Of a stretch of DNA of 64,000 nt, positions 1 to 8,100 are shown in pieces. Both the position numbers and the translations under genes were made by a program. Within the stretch, counting starts at the first letter, position 1. Every line of letters starts with the position of its first letter. The DNA is from Fibrobacteria bacterium (lineage in GTDB: Bacteria > Fibrobacterota > Fibrobacteria > UBA11236). The DNA lies in contig JBGTHM010000099.1 in the NCBI GenBank assembly GCA_041746255.1, positions 1 to 64,000 of the forward strand. The letters run 5' to 3'. The notes beneath the pieces are model-generated. The model was not told the origin of the DNA and searched no databases. It saw only the letters and a program-made list of their open reading frames with translations.

Positions 1-139
1 CCCAAAATCCGTACCCAAAGTGACCGGCAATGAGTAACTTCTAATCGGTTGAAATCCGGTCCATGGTGACCGGCTATGACAAGGGTGGCTGTCGGTCACT
101 TTGAACCGGATCGCCCGGTCACTTTCACCGGATTCTGCA
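1..139. mobile_element. Terminal region of a probable IS21-family insertion sequence (element continues left of the window)
   Basis: Tandem repeats CGGTCACTTTGAACCGGA (93-110) and CGGTCACTTTCACCGGA (116-132), inverted copies AAAGTGACCGG (17-27) and GGTGACCGG (65-73), ending ...TTCTGCA at 139. Multiple terminal repeats and a CA end are typical of IS21 ends. No transposase in the window. Confidence 0.6.
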
Positions 140-144
140 ACATT

Positions 145-176
145 AAATTAATGGTAAATGTTTCCGGTGTCAACAT
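145..176 (-). promoter_or_regulatory. Probable TetR operator overlapping a leftward sigma-70 promoter
   Basis: Imperfect palindrome ATGTTTCCGGTGTCAACAT (158-176). On the minus strand, TTGACA (173-168), 17 bp, TAATTT (150-145). Lies just upstream of the TetR gene. Confidence 0.5.
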
Positions 177-197
177 ATTTTTTACGTTTAACTTGGC

Positions 198-824
198 ATG
201 AAAAAAACCGGAAAAAAAGCCTCGGATTCATACCACCATGGCGATTTGCGCAACGTTCTGCTTTCCGTCGGCGCCCGGTTGCTGGAAGAGAAAGGCATGG
301 AGGCGTTAAGTTTGCGGGAGTTGGCCAAAGTCGCCGGGGTAAGCCACGCGGCGCCATACCGGCACTTTTCGCATAAAGAGGATTTGTTGGCAGCCTTGGC
401 GGCGCAAGGTTTCGTCAATCTCAGTGAGGCCCTATTACAAGCCAAAAAGGCTTCGGGCCACGACGCCCGCCGCCAATTAACCGCAGGGGGACGCGCTTAT
501 GTGAATTTGGCCTTACGTCAGCCTGAGATGACCCGCCTCATGTTTGGAGGTGTTTTTCGGGCGGACCAATGTCCAGAAAAGCTCATTCAATCCGGAGGGC
601 AGGCCTTCCAACATCTGGTGGATATAATCCTATTGGGCCAAAAAAACGGGCAATTTAGACCCGGGAATCCGCTGGAACTCAGCGTCACGGTTTGGTCCAC
701 CGTGCATGGCCTGTTCGCCTTGCTGCATTCCGGCGCACTAGGGGAGGTCGCCCAAGATGAAAAACAGAGGGAGAGCCTGCTGCAAACCGTAACTTCGGTG
801 ATCGGTGAGGGGCTCAAGCAATAA
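198..824 (+). CDS. TetR/AcrR family transcriptional regulator (WHG-type C-terminus)
   Basis: YHHGDLR start, HTH LSLRELAKVAGVSHAAPYRHF, C-terminal WSTVHG. Confidence 0.92.
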   Translation: MKKTGKKASDSYHHGDLRNVLLSVGARLLEEKGMEALSLRELAKVAGVSHAAPYRHFSHKEDLLAALAAQGFVNLSEALLQAKKASGHDARRQLTAGGRAYVNLALRQPEMTRLMFGGVFRADQCPEKLIQSGGQAFQHLVDIILLGQKNGQFRPGNPLELSVTVWSTVHGLFALLHSGALGEVAQDEKQRESLLQTVTSVIGEGLKQ

Positions 825-849
825 TTACTAACCCGGTAGTTCGAGGGTT

Positions 850-1518
850 TTATTTTTCTTCGGGAATATGGACCCATTGCATTTGCCGGAGGATCCAGGC
901 CTGGCGTGACCGGATATAGGGCGTAGGCCGGGATGGCGACCAGCGTCTGGGATTGGGTAGCACAGCGGCCAGCAGGGCGGCCTGGCTTCGGTTCAGTTTC
1001 TGCGCGGAAATTCCGAAAAAATGTTGGGATGCGGCTTCGACGCCGTAAATGCCAGGGCCGAGTTCCGCAATGTTCAAATATATTTCCAGTATCCTTTGCT
1101 TGGGCCACATCAATTCCGCCAGCAGGGTGAAATAAACTTCCAAGCCTTTGCGTAGCCAGGTGCTTTGCGGCCACAGGAAAACGTTTTTGGTGGTTTGCTG
1201 GGTGATGGTGCTTCCGCCGCGCCGCTTATGGTTTTTACGTTTTCGGGTAATGGCGTCCCGTATGGAATTCCAATCGAAGCCGGCATGCTCGAAAAAGAGT
1301 TGGTCTTCAGCCGCTACGAAGGCGCGCAAAGCATGAGGCGATATTGCATCCAAGCGCGTCCAATCCTTGCGGATGCGGGGGAAATCGCCTTTCACGATGT
1401 TTTCGCAGCTGCGAATTACCATCAAAGGAGTTAGTGGCGGTGGTACGTATCGCAAAAGGAACGCCCAGCCGAAAGTCCCGGTAATGAAAATGATTAGGAG
1501 TAGCCGGATCGCCTTCAC
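850..1518 (-). CDS. mtgA: Monofunctional biosynthetic peptidoglycan transglycosylase
   Basis: GT51 motifs AEDQLFFEHAGFD, GGSTITQQTTKNVFLW, RKGLE, KQRILEIYLN; N-terminal membrane anchor. Confidence 0.95.
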   Translation of the reverse strand: MKAIRLLLIIFITGTFGWAFLLRYVPPPLTPLMVIRSCENIVKGDFPRIRKDWTRLDAISPHALRAFVAAEDQLFFEHAGFDWNSIRDAITRKRKNHKRRGGSTITQQTTKNVFLWPQSTWLRKGLEVYFTLLAELMWPKQRILEIYLNIAELGPGIYGVEAASQHFFGISAQKLNRSQAALLAAVLPNPRRWSPSRPTPYIRSRQAWILRQMQWVHIPEEK

Positions 1519-1528
1519 AAAGGAAATT

Positions 1529-2320
1529 TCACACCTGGGGAATTTCCACTTCGTAGCCGGCGAATTTCCGGAGATTGATGACGCCGGTGTCGAAAATCAG
1601 GTATTGTCCCTTGATGCCGATAAGGGTTCCACTTACCGAGGGGGTTTTCTCGGGGTTCAGTGATGCAATCTTCACAGGATACTTCAGCACCGGATAGCGG
1701 AACGAATGTAATTCCCCGTCCGGCACCTTTTCGCCAGGCAAGGCCTGATTCCATGTGGAAAACAATTCGTCGCGCTTGGCGCGTAAATCCAGGGCGTCGC
1801 CTTCTCCCTGCAGCATCTTGCGCCAATTGGTTTTATCCGCCACGAAATTCTTCATGGCCATTTCCACTAATCCCGAATCGCGCCGCGCCTTTACCCGGGC
1901 AATGGGTATGGCCTGCACCGCGCCTTGATCCATCCAACGGGTCAGGGTAGTGTGGGAACGGGTGATACCTACCTTGATTCCGGAAGAGTTGGCTAGATAT
2001 ACGGTGTGCTCAATCATGCAATGGGCCTCGCCCCATTTCGGTTCGCGGCAGGTTCCCAAATGGTAATGGCAGGTTTCGGGTTTCATGATGCACATATCGC
2101 ATTCGGCAAGGCTTTGCATACAGCGGAAACAATAACCCTGGGCGAAGCTGGTGCGCGTGGGGGTATTGCAGGCTATGCAGAAAATCCTACCGGTGAAACG
2201 GAGCTCAAGCGAATTGCCCACGAAGGGATTCATATGCAGCAATTCACCGCCGATGGGGAGGTGATATTGCACGGTTTCGCCTTTTTCCGTGCGCATTTTG
2301 CGGATAGTGCCTGATTTCAT
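1529..2320 (-). CDS. DUF2797 domain protein (Cys/His-rich, probable Zn binding)
   Basis: CIAC..SFAQGYCFRC, CIMKPETCHYHLGTCREP, KVGITR, TRWMDQGA, GIKGQYLIFD. Start moved to the ATG at 2320 (MKSGTIRKM). Confidence 0.85.
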   Translation of the reverse strand: MKSGTIRKMRTEKGETVQYHLPIGGELLHMNPFVGNSLELRFTGRIFCIACNTPTRTSFAQGYCFRCMQSLAECDMCIMKPETCHYHLGTCREPKWGEAHCMIEHTVYLANSSGIKVGITRSHTTLTRWMDQGAVQAIPIARVKARRDSGLVEMAMKNFVADKTNWRKMLQGEGDALDLRAKRDELFSTWNQALPGEKVPDGELHSFRYPVLKYPVKIASLNPEKTPSVSGTLIGIKGQYLIFDTGVINLRKFAGYEVEIPQV

Positions 2321-2459
2321 GATACTCCGAAAGCTGATAGGGCATAAATTTACATTTTGCGCAGGAGTCGGGTCGGGAAGGTACGGCGTAGGCCAAGGTG
2401 GCCAGCGCATGCATCCAGAATTAGTATTTTTACCCGAAATTAAATCCGGAGTCCGGTCC

Positions 2460-2813
2460 ATGTTGAAATTTTACGGTTATAAGAAATGCTCGACTTGCCG
2501 TAAGGCTGAGAATGCCTTGGTAAAATTGGGGCGAGACTATCTCTTCATCGATATCACCGAAAATCCGCCTTCTCAAAATGCTTTGAAAAAAATGGTGGGG
2601 CAAAGCGGCGCCGAATTGAAAAAATTCTTCAATACCAGCGGTTTGCAGTACAAAGAGTTGAATATCAAGGATAAGGTCAAAACCCTATCGCAAACCGACA
2701 TCCTTTCCCTGCTTGCCTCTAACGGACGCCTTCTCAAGCGACCTATTGTCACAGACGGAGTGCATACCACGGTAGGATTCGACGAGACCCAATTCCAAAA
2801 GGCCTGGAAATAA
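2460..2813 (+). CDS. Spx/MgsR/ArsC (YffB-like) thioredoxin-fold protein
   Basis: MLKFYGYKKCSTCRKA, FFNTSG, LLKRPIV..VGF. ATG at 2460. Confidence 0.9.
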   Translation: MLKFYGYKKCSTCRKAENALVKLGRDYLFIDITENPPSQNALKKMVGQSGAELKKFFNTSGLQYKELNIKDKVKTLSQTDILSLLASNGRLLKRPIVTDGVHTTVGFDETQFQKAWK

Positions 2814-2825
2814 GCGCGGCCCACT

Positions 2826-3626
2826 ATGCTGAAAGGGCAGGTCCTGGCTTTTTTGCTGCTTTGTACATCCGCCCCGGTTCAAGGCGCGGAAGGGTCTTCG
2901 CTTCAGCTCAATTGGAATCTTGACGCGGGATTGCTCTGGAGCGGGACCGTGGCCCAGGTTTTCGGAAACTATCGCCTGAACACACAAAAACCTGTCGGCA
3001 GCGGACCCGTCAGCCGCCACGAACTTCTACCGTGGGATTCCTGGGTTGCGGGGAAATACAGTTCCGAAGCTGCTTTCGCCAGCGACTTGTTGAGTTATGC
3101 GGCATTGACGCCGGCCTTAGTGTTCGGAGCCCACACCCTCGCGGGCTCGCTGGCTGCTCCTGAATTGGGAGTAACTTTGCTGGTACTGGGTGAAGCGGCT
3201 TTGTTCAACTCGGCCTTCAACCTTTGGACCCGTTCCTTCGGCTTGCACCCTCGTCCTTATGTGTTCGGCGAAGAGGCTCCCCTTTCTTTGCGGGAGCGCC
3301 CCGAAGCGGCCGGCTCGTTTTATTCCGGCCACGCCAGCGCCGCCTTCATGACCGCGGTGTTTACAGGCTATGTCCATCAGGTCCGTTTTCCCGATTCCCC
3401 TTGGAACAAATGGATTTGGGTCGGAGGAATTGGAACCGCCTCTGCCATCGCCACGTTAAGGGTTTTCGCAGGCAAACATTATCCCTCCGATGTTCTGGCT
3501 GGAGCGGCCATGGGTTCATTTTTCGGGTTTTACCTTCCCTGGCTTCATCTGCCGCGAAAACCTCAAAATCGACAAGTCCGTCTTTCCCTGCTGCCCGGTG
3601 GCGGCCAACTTTTCACATCTTTTTAG
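2826..3626 (+). CDS. PAP2-family membrane phosphatase
   Basis: RPY, SFYSGHAS, RVFAGKHYPSDV motifs; signal peptide and hydrophobic helices. Confidence 0.88.
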   Translation: MLKGQVLAFLLLCTSAPVQGAEGSSLQLNWNLDAGLLWSGTVAQVFGNYRLNTQKPVGSGPVSRHELLPWDSWVAGKYSSEAAFASDLLSYAALTPALVFGAHTLAGSLAAPELGVTLLVLGEAALFNSAFNLWTRSFGLHPRPYVFGEEAPLSLRERPEAAGSFYSGHASAAFMTAVFTGYVHQVRFPDSPWNKWIWVGGIGTASAIATLRVFAGKHYPSDVLAGAAMGSFFGFYLPWLHLPRKPQNRQVRLSLLPGGGQLFTSF

Positions 3627-3678
3627 GTTCGATTATTCCAATCCGGTCGGATGGCCTAAATTCCTACTTTTCCCGTTC

Positions 3679-4977
3679 ATGACGACTCTCCCAACCCCGA
3701 CCAAGCTCAATAAAGCCCTCGATTCCCGCCTTCAGGCCAAACTGCCCCTTGAAGACAGATTGTTCCTGCAAGCCTGCGAGGAAAAGTGGCGCTTTTCTTT
3801 TCAGCAATTAAAACAGACGGGAGAGTGGCTGATTGACGTGCGTATGTGGAAAGAGCCCCGGCTTCTGCTTGAAGCCAAAAAGCTGCTGGCCGATTTGGAG
3901 GCGTCCCCAAGTGGCGAAGCTGATTCCCTTCCCGCAAACCCGGGACAAATCGGCGAACGCCTTTTTCGACGCATGGCGAAAGTACACGCCGAGTTGGCGG
4001 GGGAAGCCAAAGTATACCCCCGCGACGGCGCCCGCGAAGATCTACCCCGTCACACTTTCGTTGACAAGGAATTGAAAGGACGGTTGTTGCGGCTTTGCCC
4101 GGCCGCTTCGGAGCGCGCCGTATGCTGTAATCTCAAAACGCTCAGCATCGTGGACAACTGCGCCATGGCCTGCTCTTATTGCGTACTGCAGAACCATTAC
4201 GACGAAGCCAAAATCGCAGTTCCCACCAACCTCAAGCAAAAGCTCGCCGAGATTCAGCTCCATCCCGACAAACGCTACCGCATCGGCACCGGCGAATATT
4301 CCGATTCTCTGCTCTGGGGAAACCGCAACGACATACTCGTTGATCTCTCCGCCTTCGCGGAAAGGCATCCCAACATTATCCTGGAGCTGAAAACCAAATC
4401 GGCAAATGTGGATTGGCTTCTCAAAAATCCCGTCCCTCCGAATGTTTGCGCGTCCTGGTCCCTCAACCCGCAAGTCATCATCTCCAACGAAGAGCATAAA
4501 ACCGCCGGCCTGGAGCGCCGACTAATGGCAGCGAGGGCAGTGGCGGACAAGGGGATAAAGGTGGGCTTCCATTTTCATCCGATGTTTTATTTCTCGGGAT
4601 GGGAAGATGAATACGAATTTTTGATTAAGAGAGTCGTTTCGCTTTTCCGTCCCGAAGAAGTCCTGTGGGTTTCACTGGGATGCGTTACGATGATGAAGGG
4701 GTTCGCCCAAGAGTTGCGGAGCAAATTCCAATCGTCGAAACTTTTGCAAATGCGTACCGAAACCACGCCGGACGGTAAAATCACCTATGCCTTCGATATC
4801 CGCGAAGCGCTATACCGTAATGCCCTGCAAGCCCTTTCTCCCTGGAAGGGTCAAGTATTTCAATACCTGTGCATGGAGCATGCTCCTATGTGGAATTCGG
4901 TAATGGGATACGACTATCCCAATATGGCAGCCTTCGATGACGTTTTCAACGCCTCGGCATTCGCCAAGATCAAATAA
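3679..4977 (+). CDS. Spore photoproduct lyase-like radical SAM protein
   Basis: NCAMACSYCVLQ (CxxxCxxC), RIGTGEYSDSL, LELKTKS, SWSLNP, GFHFHP, YLCME. Start at 3679 is inferred. Confidence 0.8.
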   Translation: MTTLPTPTKLNKALDSRLQAKLPLEDRLFLQACEEKWRFSFQQLKQTGEWLIDVRMWKEPRLLLEAKKLLADLEASPSGEADSLPANPGQIGERLFRRMAKVHAELAGEAKVYPRDGAREDLPRHTFVDKELKGRLLRLCPAASERAVCCNLKTLSIVDNCAMACSYCVLQNHYDEAKIAVPTNLKQKLAEIQLHPDKRYRIGTGEYSDSLLWGNRNDILVDLSAFAERHPNIILELKTKSANVDWLLKNPVPPNVCASWSLNPQVIISNEEHKTAGLERRLMAARAVADKGIKVGFHFHPMFYFSGWEDEYEFLIKRVVSLFRPEEVLWVSLGCVTMMKGFAQELRSKFQSSKLLQMRTETTPDGKITYAFDIREALYRNALQALSPWKGQVFQYLCMEHAPMWNSVMGYDYPNMAAFDDVFNASAFAKIK

Positions 4978-5147
4978 ACCGGAATTTCTTAAATCCCGCC
5001 ACTTGACCAACCTTATAAGGTTATTGATTGGTTGTGACTATAGAAAGAAATCGAAAAGAAATAAAAAATAAGTTGCATTGTTTGGCACACTTATTAATAT
5101 TCTCGGTGCGATTTCAAATTACCCGTATCAATTCATAAGGAAATACC

Positions 5148-8100
5148 ATGTCGCTCACCTCTCGCGTTATTGTTCCGCTATTTATCATTTTCGCGGCCGC
5201 CTTTGCAGTCGGCCATGAATCCACGGTTGTCTATCAAATCAATGCTGGAGGGGCGGCCACGGCAGAGGGTGGAGGATGGGATGTGGACGGGCCCTATACC
5301 AACATTGTCGCATCGGGAAGCAAAACCACTACTACGTCTTCGGTAATTGATATGAGTCATCCTTCTGTACCTGTAGGCACGCCTACTTCGGTTTTAAAGA
5401 CGGAACGGTGGGATTCACCAACGGGAGCGGAAATGCAATGGACCTTTCCCGTGGAGCCGGGAGAATACCAGGTATCTTTGCTTTTCGCGGAAACTTGGAC
5501 CAAGGGTTTTTACGTAGGTGCCCGTGTCTTCGACGTTTCCATCGAAGGTAACTTGGTGTTGCCAAACTATGACATTTTCGCCGAAGTAGGCGGGAACAAG
5601 GCAATTGCCAAAACATTCACCTTCCAAATCACGGACGGAGCCATCAATATCGACTTTCAGCGTGTGGTGCAAAACCCGGCCGTCAAAGCCATTCAGATTC
5701 TGCATATTCAGGAGGATGAACACCACGAGCCCCCAGCGCCGGAATTTGAGCCCATTCTCGTCAATGCGGGTGGGCCCGCCATCGCGGCAAGCGAAGCCTG
5801 GCTTCTGGATGACGGTACATTTTCTAACGTGGCCGCCTCGGGAAGTAAGGTTTACACCACCACAAATTTAATCAACCTGAGCCATCCTTCCGTTCCAGCC
5901 GGAACCCCCGCCTCCATTTTCCAAACGGAGCGATGGGACCCCGTTGCAGGCGCGAAAATGATCTGGAGTTTCCCCGTGCCACCGGGAACATATGAAGTAT
6001 CTCTCTACTTCGCCGAAATTTATCCTGGCACTTCCACAGTGGGGGCACGGGTATTCAACGTATTCCTCGAAGGAACGATGGTGCTGAATAATTTGGATAT
6101 TTTTGCCGAAGTGGGCGCCAATAAAGGACTGGTCAAGACCTTCTTGGTGGAATCGGACGATATCCTGAATGTTGAGTTCGCCCATATCGCCAATAACCCC
6201 GCGATTAAAGGCTTACGTATCGCACAGGTGTCTTCTCATGTACCGCTTTTCTCCAACCATCAGGATATTGGCCCAGTCGCTATTCCAGGCAGTTACTTGG
6301 AGGGCAATCATGCGGCGGTTATAACGGCATCGGGAGCGGATATTTGGGGTGTTTCCGATCAATTCCACTTCGCCTATGGTGAGGAAGCGGGGAATCTGGA
6401 GATTGTCGCCAAAGTGGAGTCCATTCAAAATTCGCATATCTGGGCCAAGGGCGGCATTATGTTCCGCAACAGCTTGGCGCCTGGAAGTCGCAATGCCTTT
6501 ATCGCCGTGACACCTGGAAATGGCGTCACTTTCCAAAGGCGCTTGGCGGATGGAAATATATCCGTTTCCACCAAAACCCCAGCTGTCGCTCCGGAATACA
6601 TCAAACTCTCGAAAGTCGGCAATACCATCCAAGGTTTTCACTCTGAAAACGGTACGACTTGGTCGCCCGTTGGTCCGGCAGTTGAGATAGCTTTCGATTC
6701 TCATTTTTTCGCGGGATTGGCTGTTACCTCACATACCAATGCGGCCCTGACAGAAGTCTCTTTCAGCGAAGTGGCAATTACGCGGGAGACTTCGCCGCCA
6801 CATGATGACACATACTTGCATGTAGTCATAGACGCACCACCGATTCAATTCGATCAAAATGGAAGCGGATCGGAAGTCGTCCCTTTAAAAGGGGGCGGAT
6901 CGCATACCCACGAATTCGGTTATGAAATCGCATCCTATGCATGGGAATTCGGTGGAGCGATTGTGTCGACAAATGTCAACGCCGACATCAATATTCCCGT
7001 GGGTAGTCATTGGGTCAAGCTCACGATTACCGACAATAAAGTACCGGCGGAAAGCCTTAGCGATTCCCTTTTGGTGACGGTGTCTCCTGCCAATGCCATT
7101 CCGGGCTTGCTCGTCAAAGCCTACCCGTCCGCCAATCCCGGTAATCTGCTCACTGGGCCCCTGCCCGCAGCAACCGGAGCCTTTCAAATCGACCAAAGCC
7201 AATTAAATGCGGCTACCGGCTTCCAAGAAGGGTACTTAATGCAAATGACGGGGACCTTCCAGGTTACCCAGGCGGCGAGCCATACCTTTACCGCTCTAGG
7301 CGGGAGCGGAAACCAGTCGATTTTCATAAATGGAAACTTGGTTACGGGACCCGTGAATCTGGCGGTGGGTTCGCATACGCTGGAAACGCGCTTCGCGGTT
7401 TCCGCTGCGACGCAATGGCCCCTCTCCGTGACTATGTCGAATGGTAGCGGAAATCCGGCATTTCTGACGGCTCCGGGTGTATGGCATGACTTATCCAATA
7501 TGCCTCCCATTCTCACATACCTCACTCCGGACGTAGGAAATTTCACGGGCGGAAATGAAATCACTTTAACCGGCGTCGGATTTTTCCCCACGACCGGGCT
7601 AAACGTAAACTGGGGCGGTCAAACCATAAGCACCGCTCAAATGCAGGAGGTTACGCCCACATCACTCATTTTCATCGCCCCCCCGGGAACGAACGGACCC
7701 GTTACAGTTACCGTCAATACCGCTAAAGGAGCAAGTAATTCCCGTACCTTCACTTATTCCGGAATGGGGCCGCTGCCCATTCAATTCGCATTCAGTACCC
7801 TTACCGGCAGCCCGAACTCTCCCACCACAGGGACTTGGGGTCCGGATGGTAGGCTGTATTTCGGAACGCGGCAAGGCGTAATCCACGCCTTCACTTTAAA
7901 CGACCAATATCAAGTCGTATCCGAACAGGTCATCGCACCTATTAAGTCTCTACCCAATCCGGAGATACTGGGTATCGCCTTCAGCCCCTTCGATCCCCCT
8001 TCTGAATTGAAGATTTATGTCGCCCATTCCAAGCTTTTCGCCGATGGGGGATTTTGCCTTACCGGACAACCGGTTCCCTATTCGGGACAGGTATCGCGGC

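Noticed and set aside
2367..2398. SRP (4.5S) RNA call
   Set aside because: Similar to helix 8 but lacks the conserved CAGG/AGCAG internal loop and the long hairpin. Kept only as an unassigned RNA candidate.
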